Source: Neophaeotheca triangularis
Taxonomy: Eukaryota
Direction of reading: 5' to 3'
Assembly (NCBI GenBank): GCA_054600435.1
Contig: BAAIJX010000001.1
Location: 496,001-560,000 of the forward strand
DNA: 64,000 nucleotides
Below, one piece after another: positions 10,976 to 22,136 of the stretch. Position numbers and translations under genes: made by a program. A model generated the notes under the pieces. That model worked only from the letters and a program-made list of their open reading frames with translations. It searched no databases and was not told where the DNA came from. Numbering within the stretch: position 1 is the stretch's first letter; each line of letters starts with the position of its first letter.

Positions 10976-12949
10976 ATGGCGAGTAAATCAAGGCCAGCGA
11001 AGCGGACCAAGCTCCTCTCCGACGACAGTGGCTCGGACAGCGAAGGAGCAGGCGTCCCACTTCCAAAGGCCAACAACGCCAACAGCTTCAACATCAACCA
11101 AGAGTACGCCAACCGCTTTGAGCACAATAAGCGGCGAGAGGAAAAGCAACGCTTGGAGGAAAAGTACGCCACTGGCGCGAACGCCAGCAAGCGGAAGGCT
11201 GGGCCCGACAATATAGAAGAAGAGGACGAATCTTCCAGTGACGAGACCGAGGACGACGACGCCGAGCTAGCTACTGCGGACCTTGACGAAGAGATCTTCG
11301 ATACTCTGAATGCTATCAAGCGCAAAGACCCAAGAGTTTACAATCAGGACGTCAGATTCTATCGCGACTGGGAGAACGAAGATAATGCCGACGCCAATGG
11401 ACCGGCGAAGAAAAAGGAGAAGCCCATGCGTTTGCAGGACTACCACAGACAGAACTTGTTGGCTGGGCATGCTGGCGACGAGGAGGAGGGAAATGCTCCG
11501 CCTCAGACATACCAGCAGGAGCAAGACGCGCTGCGCAAGGAGATGGTGGGACAGATGCATGCTGCTGGGCCAAAGGGTGAAGAGGAAGAATCCTTTGAGG
11601 AAGGCTCAGATGCAGACGAGTTCTTCCAGAAAAAGCAGAAGCAGAAGCACGATGCTATCCCAGCGGCTAAGTCACGCAAGAAGCAGTCAAGGGAGCTTGA
11701 CATCGAAAACGCCGACAAAGACCCCGAGAACTACCTCTCCAACTTCATGGCTGCGCGCGCCTGGCTGCCAACCGATCACTCTCAATTTGCACAACTTGAC
11801 TCCGACGACAGCGAGGAGGACAAGCGGGCTGATGCTTTCGAAGAAGCATACAACATGCGTTTTGAGGACCCGAGGATGGCCAATGAAAGATTGCAGACTT
11901 TTGCCCGTGATGTTGGAAAGCACACTGCTCGACGAGAGGAGGCTTCGAGTCGTCAAAAGGCTCGCGAGCGAGATCGGGCAAAGAAGGAAGAAGCGAAGAA
12001 AGAGCGTGAGGAGGAGAGGGCGAGGCTGCGAAAGCTACGTATTGACGATGTCGAGCAAAAGGTGTCAAAGATCAAAGAAGCCGCGGGTCTCAAGGGCAAG
12101 GATGTCAACCTCGAGCAATGGAGGGACGTGCTTGATGAGGACTGGGACGACGCTCGCTGGGAAGCGGAGATGAAGCGTCGATTCGGCGAGGATTACTACG
12201 CGCAAGACGAAGCAGGTTCGGACGTCGAAATGGGAGGCGTCGAAGAGGGAGGCAAAAAGCACAAGAAAATGAAGAAGCCGAAATGGGACGACGATTTAGA
12301 CATTACAGACTTAGTGCCGGATTTCCAAGACGAAGAGCCGAAGCCTAACATGGCCCTATCGTCGGATGACGAAGCAGACGGCGGCGCCCCAGTCGAATCT
12401 CCTGAGGAGGAAGAAAGCCGGCCCCGCAAAAAATCCAAAAAAGACCGCGAGCGCGAAACGACCGAGAAGAAGCGCTCTGCTCGCAAGGAACGTCAGAAGA
12501 TCGAGCAACTCGTGGACGCTACCATGCCCCTGGCTCATCCTGAAGTCTCCGCGGCGGCATCTTCTGGCAAAGCTCCCGTGACGGGCTTCCGCTACCGCGA
12601 GACGTCGCCTACTTCTTTCGGCATGAACGCACGAGACATTTTGTTCGCAGACGACACCGCCCTGAACGAGTATGCTGGGTTGAAGAAGTTGGCGGCGTGG
12701 CGGGATAGCGAGAAGAAGAAGCGGGACAAGAAGAGGTTCAGCAAGAAGCAGCGACTGAGACAGTGGAGGAAGGATACTTTTGGAGACGTGGAGGGGCCTA
12801 AAAATGCTGTCTTGCCTGGCGGAGAGGGTGAGGCGGACGAGAGGATGCAATCTAGACCCGAGCAGGCTGAGGGTGGTGTCGTTGACGGCGAGAGGAAAAA
12901 GAAGAGGAAGAGGAGCAAGAAGAGCAAGACTGGGGCTGAGGCGGCGTAA
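10976..12949 (+). CDS. KRI1: Kri1, 40S ribosome biogenesis factor
   Basis: 657-aa highly charged ORF with INQEYANRFEHNKRREE, KRKDPRVY, FEEAYNMRFEDP and C-terminal FRYRETSPTSFGM..DILFADD..LNEYAGLKKLA (Kri1_C-like). Confidence 0.92.
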   Translation: MASKSRPAKRTKLLSDDSGSDSEGAGVPLPKANNANSFNINQEYANRFEHNKRREEKQRLEEKYATGANASKRKAGPDNIEEEDESSSDETEDDDAELATADLDEEIFDTLNAIKRKDPRVYNQDVRFYRDWENEDNADANGPAKKKEKPMRLQDYHRQNLLAGHAGDEEEGNAPPQTYQQEQDALRKEMVGQMHAAGPKGEEEESFEEGSDADEFFQKKQKQKHDAIPAAKSRKKQSRELDIENADKDPENYLSNFMAARAWLPTDHSQFAQLDSDDSEEDKRADAFEEAYNMRFEDPRMANERLQTFARDVGKHTARREEASSRQKARERDRAKKEEAKKEREEERARLRKLRIDDVEQKVSKIKEAAGLKGKDVNLEQWRDVLDEDWDDARWEAEMKRRFGEDYYAQDEAGSDVEMGGVEEGGKKHKKMKKPKWDDDLDITDLVPDFQDEEPKPNMALSSDDEADGGAPVESPEEEESRPRKKSKKDRERETTEKKRSARKERQKIEQLVDATMPLAHPEVSAAASSGKAPVTGFRYRETSPTSFGMNARDILFADDTALNEYAGLKKLAAWRDSEKKKRDKKRFSKKQRLRQWRKDTFGDVEGPKNAVLPGGEGEADERMQSRPEQAEGGVVDGERKKKRKRSKKSKTGAEAA

Positions 12950-14103
12950 GTTTGGAGAAAGAAAGCGGTTAGGTCAAAGGGGAGAGTGTATCCACTGTTA
13001 TTTCTTCGTCTCTTCCTTGATTCATTCGTGCGGTGAAGACTGCACACGACAATTTACACCCACATCGATGATGTATCTCGCAAGCAACAAACCACCAAGG
13101 AACTTTCCGTCCGTTTGTTGTATGTTACTGAAGTCGACTGGACCCAATATCCACTCCCAGGCGAGGTGCTAGTAGTTTGGTATTAGGAAGTAGCGCTGTG
13201 TGCAAGACGTCGGTACATGTGGCGCCGGGTTGGTCAGAGAGCTGCATAATCGTCGAGCCGAGAGAGTAGAGGGAAGTCAGTAGGAGTGGCCCGAAGGGTA
13301 TCATGTCTGCCAGTACAGGCGATGATAAGCGAGATGTCCTCGCGGCGAAGGTAACTATGCATAGAGCTACAGCATCTTTCGAGAGAATAAACCGGAAGGG
13401 GTCCGCTCCAGTGTCTGCTAGGTCGCTGACCAATTCACTTCCTGATACATCTGCCGAGAAGACTTTCGATATCTTAGGAGCGGCCGAATTGCACCTAGTC
13501 AGTGTGAGAGAGGCCCCCTGGACGTCTCTCTGATTCATAATATGCTGGTAATCGTAGACTGAGCAGAAACCCCGCGTGGTAGACCTCTCGTCATTGTGGT
13601 AGAATGCTGATGCTCCGCGATAGCGGCAGAACTTCTGTCGACTGGATGCTCGGATCTGTCTCCAAGTTGGTGCCTAAGTGGATGGTCACGAAAGAGTCGA
13701 TTGATGTTAGATCTCCCGACCAAAGCCATACCCGACCTCTTCATCCGCGTCTCCACACTTGAGCTGTCGTCTCGAGAAGGGCTTGGCATATGGCCCTAGT
13801 TGTGCAAAGAAGCTGCGACCCACCCAGATCGTCGGATTTCTGTTTAGGGATGACCGCCCGAATGCGAAAGCGATGCCTTTGCTTCCTGGTGTTCTCAAGT
13901 TGCAGTCGGAGCTATTGGAGGTGAATGTAGTTGAAAGACTGTTTGCTCTCGTGGCTCCGTTATCCAGCTCTATGGTTGATAGAGACACGCCAACGATACA
14001 TAAGCAACGCGCTCGCCGAAAAGAGATGCTTGTCGAAGTCAAGGCCCGCTTGGCTCGGGCTTCGGTAAGCTTACCGTTATTGCAAATGCATAAAGCACCA
14101 CAT

Positions 14104-14407
14104 CTCCACGGCTTCGATAGGAGTCTCCGAGTAGTCGGCAACCCACTGTCCCACACCACGCGACTCCTGGGGAAGACTTGCAGTCTCAGCCCCCTGTGGG
14201 GGCGGTTCCACAGCTCTTACTCGGGGAGTGTGCGCTGGACACGTACTGTAGATGGTAATCGCCTCCCTGAATACGATTCAGCCTAAAGAATAGTCGTGGG
14301 CGTGCAACCCTAGAAGATCCACTCACCTCGTGATGTCCGCCTTTGCCGTCGGTTGGTGTTGGTCCGAAGGTCGCTTATTATTCATTCGTAGGTGTATAAA
14401 TCTCCAG
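14104..14407 (+). promoter_or_regulatory. Sugar-transporter promoter: TATA box plus candidate CreA/Cre1 (SYGGRG) sites
   Basis: TATAAA at 14395-14400, ~100 bp before the ATG. SYGGRG matches at 14104-14109(-), 14167-14172(+), 14196-14201(+) and 14402-14407(-). The motif is short and often occurs by chance. Confidence 0.4.
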
Positions 14408-14500
14408 TGTTTCCCCTATTGATCGCCCAACTGTTTAATCGCGTTTGCGCTGTCTCTCTTTGGTTTTAACGAGCTTGCCTGATAGCAGTGTTTGGTCAAA

Positions 14501-16739
14501 ATGACACCTACCTCTGGACAAGACCTCTCCGCCAAACGGCAGCGCTTCGCCGGACCGTCCGGATTGCAAGGTCTCATCCACACTCGAAAGACTACAGGAA
14601 TCGCTTTCTTTGCAAGTCTCGGGGGTTTGGTATACGGCTGTACGCTCTACCGACGATTGACTCACTGGGAGCCGCGCTGACGATTGTCCAGACAACCAAG
14701 GAATGTTCGCCCAGGTCTTGACAATGACCTCCTTCAAAGAAGCGACATCAGGCTACGCAGCAACCGAGGGCATCGAGCAAGGGCTCCTTACCTCGATCCT
14801 CGAGCTGGGTGCCTGGCTCGGCACTCTCATCAATGGGTACCTTGCTGACGCCGTCGGACGCCGTATCTGCGCTGTGATAGCGTGCGCTGTGTTTATTATC
14901 GGTGTGATTGTTCAAGCCTGCGTCCAGAACGTCGATTACATCTATGCTGGTCGTTTTGTTACTGGTCTCGGCGTGGGAAGCTTGTCTATGATCGGTACGC
15001 GAACATTTACTGTTGCCATCGCGTCTGCAGGCGGCTAAATCGGAGACGCAGTGCCGCTTTACAACGCAGAGCTTGCACCGCCGGAGACACGAGGTGCTTT
15101 GGTTGCTGTTCAACAGCTGGCGATTACGTGAGTTACTGTCAGGTTTTGGCGTTCGCCATTGTTCTTGAGGTGTCCGTAGCTAATCCGAGATCAAGCTGTG
15201 GCATCATGGTTTCTTTCTGGATAGGGTGAGTAGAAAGCTCACTGCGAAAAAACCCCGTGGCGACTAACATGGCTTGATAGGTACGGCACAAACTTCATCG
15301 GCGGAACTGGCGAGTCTCAATCTGATGCGTAGGTCCCAAAATGCCTCTATCATGCCGTTATCGATGCTAACCGCATGCGATTAAGGGCGTATCTTATCCC
15401 GATTTGCTTGCAACTGGCCCCAGCGTTGATTCTAGCTGCCGGCATGCTCCTATTCATGCCCCAATCGCCGCGTCATCTGATCAACAAGGGCAGAGACGAC
15501 GAATGCCTCGAGACGCTCGCTCGTCTTCGCGGCCGTAGTGTCGACGATGTGGGCGTTCGTATCGAATATCTGGAGATCAAAGCCCTCCGGGAATTTGAGA
15601 AGCAGCGTGCCGCCGAAAAGTACCCTCAGTACCAAGACGGCACTTTTAAGAGCAACTTCTTAATCGGTGTCAACGACTACATGAGCTTGATTACCAACAG
15701 GTCATTGCTCAAGCGGACAATGGTCGCTACACTTACCATGACCTTCCAGCAGTGGAACGGTATAAATGCCAGTAAGTGATGACCCAAATTCTGTGGCGGA
15801 GACTATACCTCTCAACGTTTCCGTCATGCAGTCAACTACTACGCACCGTATATTTTCGACGACTTCAACCTGAAAGGCGACACCACTTCGCTACTGGCCA
15901 CTGGCGTTGTCGGTATTCTTCAATTCGTTTTTACGATCCCAGCCGTGCTGTGGGTCGACAAGTTCGGCCGAAAGTTAGTGATCTCTCTATGAATAATTTG
16001 GTCGTCTTGAACAACGAGGCTAAATCTGTTCAGGACCATCATGATCGCCAGTGGCACTGGTATGGCAGTTTGCCATTTCAGTAAGTTCCCTCCCAGTGGG
16101 TCAATACCTCGCTCGAAGCATGGACTGATCGTTTGTACAGTCGTCGCTGGTATCATTGGCGCATACGACAATGAGTGGGAATCGCACAGGGCAGCCGGCT
16201 GGGTAGCCGTTGCCTTCATCTGGATCTTCATCATCAACTTCGCTTACGGCTGGGGTCCAGTAGCATGTAAGTGCCCCCCCTCCCTCTTGAGCTGGATCAA
16301 AAGCATAACAGCTGATCCACTCCTAGGGATCGTCGTGTCCGAAGTCTTTCCCTTGAGTATGAGAGCCAAGGGCGTCTCAGTCGGAGGATCCGCAAATTGG
16401 TTGAACAACTTCGCTGTGGCGACCGCTACTTCTCCTTTCATAGCAGCTAGCAACTTCGGGGCTTTCATCTTCTTTGGAGCCATCACCACTGTGGGTGTCC
16501 TATGGGTCATCTTCCTGGTACCGGAGACCAAAGGTCGAACTCTTGAAGAAATGGACGAGCTTTTCGGAGCCTCTGGCAAAGCCGGCTTCGCACAAGCTGA
16601 CCTCGAGGCCAAAGATAGAATCGAGCATGATGTTGGCCTCATCTCGCTATTGGAGAACGCTGACGTGTCCCCAGCGGAGAAGTCTTATGCGGAGAAGGCA
16701 GGAAGCGACCGTGATAGCGAGATGAAAGAGGTGAGATGA
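14501..16739 (+). CDS. MFS sugar porter family transporter (10 exons)
   Basis: Inferred introns 14640-14691, 14995-15051, 15128-15195, 15226-15280, 15329-15385, 15772-15831, 15974-16033, 16081-16140, 16267-16326. The spliced product has sugar-porter signatures GGLVYGYNQG, ADAVGRR, PLYNAELAPPETRG, PQSPR, QQWNGINAINYYAP, VDKFGRK and PETKGRTLEEMD. Substrate undetermined. Confidence 0.92.
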
Positions 16740-17319
16740 TGTGGTGATGAGAGGTTGTCGTTGGTCGACTGATTGGGCGATTCGTGGGTGGGTTACCATC
16801 TCCAGTACAGTACATATATAGCTAGGTGGTCGAGGTCATTCGGCTTTTAGTCGAAGGATTGATTTGAGTTCGACACAACGCGATCGCGGTACAGTCAATT
16901 CGATCGCTTGAATGTTCCCAAGACGCCTACGTATATGAGTGAGTATCGCCATAGGTGTCCATGCCAACGGTGTATCACTATGTGTAATCTGATGGGAACG
17001 GAAGACGTTGGAGGTTGGTTTCCTTGGCGTAAGCTTTGACTGAAAGAACCGGTAGCGACAGCCGAGCCCTAAGTAGGCTCCAACAATCATCATCAGGGTA
17101 AGGTCTACTTACGTCCACGGGCGCTCCATCTACCCATACCTGCTGCTCATCCGCAACAATAAGAACGACCCTGCCAACCTTCGAGCAAACGCGACCGAGG
17201 CCGCTGCATCTCAACAGGCCAGACATTTTCGACACAACTCCAAGCTGTCCTCCTATAACGTCGGCAGAAGCCTCAGGGCAAACCGCCCATCCTCGCCGCC
17301 TACATCAAACACACCCTCC

Positions 17320-18160
17320 ATGGCCGACTCCGCAGGCGCAGCTGCGCCAAAACCAACCAGCAGCGTCAAGCTAGTACTTCTAGGTGAAGCCGCAGTGGGA
17401 AAGGTAGGCTTTGAAGACGTCCACGTCAACGGGACACACAAATTAACACTGACACCTCAAGTCCTCACTCGTCCTGCGCTTCGTAAACGATGACTTCCAG
17501 CCAAACAAAGAACCCACCATCGGCGCCGCTTTCCTGACTCAGAAGTGCCAACTACCCAACCGAACCATCAAATTCGAAATCTGGGACACGGCGGGTCAGG
17601 AGCGTTTCGCCAGTCTGGCGCCCATGTACTACCGCAATGCGCAGTCGGCGCTCGTGGTCTACGATGTCACCAAGGCAAGCAGCCTTGTCAAGGCGAAGCA
17701 CTGGGTTGCCGAGCTTCAGCGTCAGGCGAGCCCGGGGATTGTTATTGCGCTTGTAGGAAACAAGTTGGACTTGTGTGAGGAGGATGGATCAGCGCGCGCA
17801 GACGCGGAGGGTGAAAGTGGGGAAGATGGTGAAGAGGGTGACGGAGCTAATGAGGGAGCGGATGGTGAAGATGATGAGGAAGGAGGTGCGGTAAGGAAGG
17901 TCAGCATGAAGGAGGCCAAGGCGTACGCAGACGAGGAGAACCTGCTGTTCTTTGAGACGAGCGCGAAGACAGGTCACAACGTAAGCGAGGTCTTTACTGC
18001 CATCGCAAACTCTATCCCGGAGGCAAGCTTGAAGGGGAGGAGCGGTGGCGCTGCCGCTGGGGCAAACACACAGGCTGCTTTGAACAGCGGACAGGACAGC
18101 TCTAGGGTCAACTTGGGTCAGAAGGCTGATGCTAAAGCAAACGAGGGCTGCGCGTGCTGA
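17320..18160 (+). CDS. VPS21: Rab5-family GTPase Vps21/Ypt51
   Basis: Exon 1 17320-17403 ([28 protein letters not shown]), intron 17404-17461 (AAG acceptor), exon 2 with the Rab5 effector loop PTIGAAF, WDTAGQE, GNKLD, ETSAK and a C-terminal CAC prenylation motif. Confidence 0.92.
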
Positions 18161-18710
18161 TCTTGGGCCGGTCGAACTCTGGGATTGAGCGTGGAGAGCG
18201 GGCGTTTTACAGGAGTTGTGCCGACTTGGAAGGGTACTCTTTAGTTGAGAGACATGCCGATGGCTGCCAAGAAGCAATGCTACTACATTTTCTTGCCGTG
18301 ATGATTACAAGTCTAGAAGAATGACCGTTGCTCTTGACTGACGGCTGCTTAATTGAGGCATACTGTAAGGTTACCTTAGAAGTGATGACACTGTTGCCTC
18401 CTTATCAAAAGGACAGATGGCTCAGGTCGGTCCAAGAGGCAGAGCCAAAGCCAAGGTAGCATGTGAACTAACCACCCGGCTTGGCGACATGGACAGCTAC
18501 ATCTCAGACTTGAGCGATTCTTGGAACTTTACCCAACTTCCCTCTCTGGATAAGGCGCCGGCCCCGAGGCTAATACTTGGTTCAAAGGTCTTTGGTGGAA
18601 TCGTCAGCGCAGATGCTGTAGTGGTTTCCTTGCTTCTGCTTCGACCGCTGCTCGCTTCCCTCTGACAAGCCTGTCAACCTAAGCCGTCCAACTCTCGCCC
18701 TCCCACCGCC

Positions 18711-21700
18711 ATGGCTACCTCGACAATGTCTCCCTTCTCCTCTCGAGGTGGCGCCTACAGAGCTCCAGCCCAAGCAGCTCCCAATGCCCCCTCTGGAACC
18801 TTCCTTCCCGGTACCAAAGTCCAAGTAGGCTCCCACCGCGTAGTAATCGAGAAATACCTCTCCGAAGGTGGTTTCGCCCACGTCTACGTTGCCCGCGTAC
18901 CTCGAGAAGATAATAAGCATGAGATTGCCGTGCTCAAGCGTGTGGTGGCACCGGACAAAGACCACTTGGCCAACATGCGGACGGAGGTGGAAACGATGAA
19001 GAAGCTCAAGGGCCACAACAAGATCGTCAAGTACATGGACAGCCATGCTTCGCAGCTGCAGGGGGGCGGGTACGAGGTTTTCTTGCTCATGGAATACTGT
19101 GGTGGAGGCGGATTGATCGATTTCATGAACACGCGCTTACAGCATCGCTTGACGGAGCCAGAGATATTGAAGATCTTCGGCGACGTCGCAGAGGGGGTTG
19201 CTTGCATGCATTATCTTAAGCCACCGCTGTTGCACAGAGATTTGAAAGTGGAAAATGTGTTGATTTCAAAAGGTTCGTCTGGTACGCCAACTTACAAGCT
19301 GTGCGACTTTGGGAGTACCGCGCCTCCTCGCCCAGCAGCGAAGACTCCAGGGGAAGGCAGATTGATTGAGGAGGATGTGCAGAAGCATACAACGATGCAG
19401 TACAGGAGTCCGGAGATGATCGATGTCTGGCGGAAACAGCCCATCAATGAGAAGGCAGACATTTGGGCGCTCGGAGTGCTGCTTTACAAACTGTGTTACT
19501 ACACTACACCGTTTGAAGAGGTCGGGCAAATGGCCATCCTGAATGCGAGCTTCAGGTTTCCAAATCATCCTTCATTCTCGGACAAGTTGAAGAAGCTCAT
19601 CAAGTCCATGCTACAGGAAGACCCGAAGGAGAGGCCCAACATCTATCAGGTTATTCAAGAGTCTTGTAAGATGCGAGGCGTTCCAGTTCCGTCGAACCTG
19701 AAAGACATATACTCCGAAAGGAGTCAATCCGAAGCGCGAAAGAGCGAGGCTTTGCCGTCTAGGGAAGCCGACGTCGCCTCTCCGCCGCCAATTGGGCTCA
19801 CAAAGGAGACATCCAAACCACAGGTCCAGAAGATACCGGACATTGCGCCTATGCGAAGAGGACGGCCAACAGCGCCTTCGCAGCAGTCTCCTGCTGTAAA
19901 ACCCAGCCATTCGCACGCTTCGGGCGATCCCTTTGCGGCTTTGGACTCGAAGAATTACAGTACCCGTTCTGGCGCTGTTGATGAGCTCTCTAAACGATTT
20001 CCTTCCCTTGATGAGTTTTCGATTACTCAAGGCAAGCCAAAGCCGTCGACGAGCAAAGGCGACCGGATGATGAGTGATAGGGTCACCAACGCTTTGGCCG
20101 ACGAGGTTTTTGCATCTTCCGCTCCCAAAGCTGATGTTTCCAAGTCGTCCAGCACTAGCCAGCTGCCAGAAACCAAATCTTCACCAGTCAAACCCGCCGC
20201 AAAATCTGCTGCTGCACAACGTATGTCTCAACAGTCGCCACTGGTGCATCAGCCCACGCCTGTGAGACCAGGTGTGCAGTACACCTCCACTGGCACAGAT
20301 CCACCCTCTCCGCAACAACCGGAGGCGAAGATGCCGGCAATAACCAAACGCCCCATTTGGCGAGTACCAGACCACAGTCGATCATCAAGTCAACCCCGAG
20401 CGTCGGATGCTTCTCAAATAGCGGCATCAGCATTGAAACCTGGCCATCCACCAGCGCAAAGGCCGAGTCTTTCCGATCGATCCAGGTCACAGAACGAGAG
20501 CTTCTTGGCTGCTCGCTCGCCAACGTCGTCGAGGCCGTCCCTTGAAGGTCACAGACCCTCGCAGATGGATCTTAACGACTCGTCGTTTTCACGAGCAAAG
20601 TCTGCGCAGAGTCAACAGCGGCCATCGAGCGTGTACGTCAGTTCCAATCTTGAGTTCCTGCGGGATCAGGAGCAATCCCGAAAGCGACCATCAATGGAGA
20701 TCAGGCGGCCTAGTAGACAGCCCAGTGAATCCGCAGTGGATAACGAGCAAGCGATGGAGGAAACGAACATTGACGACGATCTCGCCTACATGCGAAGTAA
20801 CGAAGACAACGAGATGAAACGAAAGTCTAGCCGCAAAAGCTCCGGCCATAAGAAGCGTGGTAGTTTACCTTCCATATCTGGAGCTAAGAGTATGTTTGCG
20901 GGGCGTTTTGGCGACGCTTTCAAGCGGTTTGAACAAGATCCTGCTGATCAAGGGAGGCCAACGGATCAGGACGCGAGAAGTCCCGAGAGGCGCGCCGAGC
21001 TCGAGACGAAGGACTATCTTCTTTCTCCAATTGCGGGCTCGGAAGCCACCCCCAGCCGCCCAGCAACCGCGTCTTCTCTTGACGAACTAGAGGATATCCC
21101 TCCAGATATGCGTCGGGAGATGGAGCGCCGACAGCTCGCCGAAGAGGAAAGGCGTGTAGCACAAGCAGCAGAAGAGTACCGCGTGAGAGCCTCGGGCACA
21201 GTCGAGAAGCCTGCAGGTGGCGCGCCCACAAGAGCTAGTACCCTCCAACAACGCGTACAAACTCTGCTGGACGAAGGCAGACAGAGTCCTGTGCCGAGGA
21301 AGACAGCAGAGGGCTATGGCGCGTACACTGACAACCCCAACGAGGCGCAGTATCCCTCCAGTGAGAAACCTCTACCATCACGAAGACAACAAGACGCCAC
21401 CAGCTCCCTTGCCAATCCAATTGGAGGCCCGCAATACACTCGCGCCCGCCCAAGCAACACCGCCGCCGCACCCCCACCTGAAGCTTCCGTACCTTCCCCC
21501 TCGGCCTCAGCGCCACCAGCCCAGCAATCGCAATCCCAACCCCCGCACCCCCAACCCCTACAACAGAACCTCCCAAACCGCACAGTGGCTCGTCCCAGCG
21601 CGCCGCCGAAACCGAAACAACTTCGAACGGGCGGACAATGGCCGCCGGCGCAGCAACAACAGCAACAGCAACAACAACAACAAGGACAACCACTCTCCTC

Positions 21701-22136
21701 GCCCAGGAACCTAAACCCCCCTCCTTCCCAACCCAACAGCAGCAGCAACAACAACACCAACCCCCACCCCTCGCGCCAAAACCCCAGCACGTCCGGCAGC
21801 GGAAGCGCCCTCGCCGCCCTCCTTGCCAAAGACCTCGAGGGCGTGCCCGACTACCCTCCAACGGGCGTAAGCGTCTCCGCGAACCCAACCAGCAACCACC
21901 ATCAGCACAATAAATACAATGAGAGATCCTCCACCTACCCTCCCGGCGCTATTTCCGGAGCCCAGGACCCTAGCGCTTCGGCGGTAGATGAGGTTGCGGA
22001 TGCGGATCTGGAGGGCGAGTTCAGTAAGCGGTATCCTTCGCTCGCGGGGCTGGAGATGGTTGAGAGGGAGGTTGGGACTGGGACCGGGACTGGGACTGGG
22101 GGTGGTGGGGATGGGGTTAGGGTCAAGGAGGTTTAG
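18711..22136 (+). CDS. Ark1/Prk1/Akl1 (NAK family) Ser/Thr kinase regulating endocytosis and actin
   Basis: 1141-aa single ORF with LSEGGFAHVY, HRDLKVEN, LCDFGS and TTMQYRSPEM (NAK-specific), followed by a long Pro/Ser/Gln-rich tail containing DPF and KRFPSL/KRYPSL motifs. Confidence 0.92.
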   Translation: MATSTMSPFSSRGGAYRAPAQAAPNAPSGTFLPGTKVQVGSHRVVIEKYLSEGGFAHVYVARVPREDNKHEIAVLKRVVAPDKDHLANMRTEVETMKKLKGHNKIVKYMDSHASQLQGGGYEVFLLMEYCGGGGLIDFMNTRLQHRLTEPEILKIFGDVAEGVACMHYLKPPLLHRDLKVENVLISKGSSGTPTYKLCDFGSTAPPRPAAKTPGEGRLIEEDVQKHTTMQYRSPEMIDVWRKQPINEKADIWALGVLLYKLCYYTTPFEEVGQMAILNASFRFPNHPSFSDKLKKLIKSMLQEDPKERPNIYQVIQESCKMRGVPVPSNLKDIYSERSQSEARKSEALPSREADVASPPPIGLTKETSKPQVQKIPDIAPMRRGRPTAPSQQSPAVKPSHSHASGDPFAALDSKNYSTRSGAVDELSKRFPSLDEFSITQGKPKPSTSKGDRMMSDRVTNALADEVFASSAPKADVSKSSSTSQLPETKSSPVKPAAKSAAAQRMSQQSPLVHQPTPVRPGVQYTSTGTDPPSPQQPEAKMPAITKRPIWRVPDHSRSSSQPRASDASQIAASALKPGHPPAQRPSLSDRSRSQNESFLAARSPTSSRPSLEGHRPSQMDLNDSSFSRAKSAQSQQRPSSVYVSSNLEFLRDQEQSRKRPSMEIRRPSRQPSESAVDNEQAMEETNIDDDLAYMRSNEDNEMKRKSSRKSSGHKKRGSLPSISGAKSMFAGRFGDAFKRFEQDPADQGRPTDQDARSPERRAELETKDYLLSPIAGSEATPSRPATASSLDELEDIPPDMRREMERRQLAEEERRVAQAAEEYRVRASGTVEKPAGGAPTRASTLQQRVQTLLDEGRQSPVPRKTAEGYGAYTDNPNEAQYPSSEKPLPSRRQQDATSSLANPIGGPQYTRARPSNTAAAPPPEASVPSPSASAPPAQQSQSQPPHPQPLQQNLPNRTVARPSAPPKPKQLRTGGQWPPAQQQQQQQQQQQGQPLSSPRNLNPPPSQPNSSSNNNTNPHPSRQNPSTSGSGSALAALLAKDLEGVPDYPPTGVSVSANPTSNHHQHNKYNERSSTYPPGAISGAQDPSASAVDEVADADLEGEFSKRYPSLAGLEMVEREVGTGTGTGTGGGGDGVRVKEV

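Noticed and set aside
21651..21682. CAG/CAA repeats in the NAK kinase (also gamma-adaptin hinge ~32523-32558)
   Set aside because: Ordinary polyQ tracts in disordered regions of trafficking proteins.
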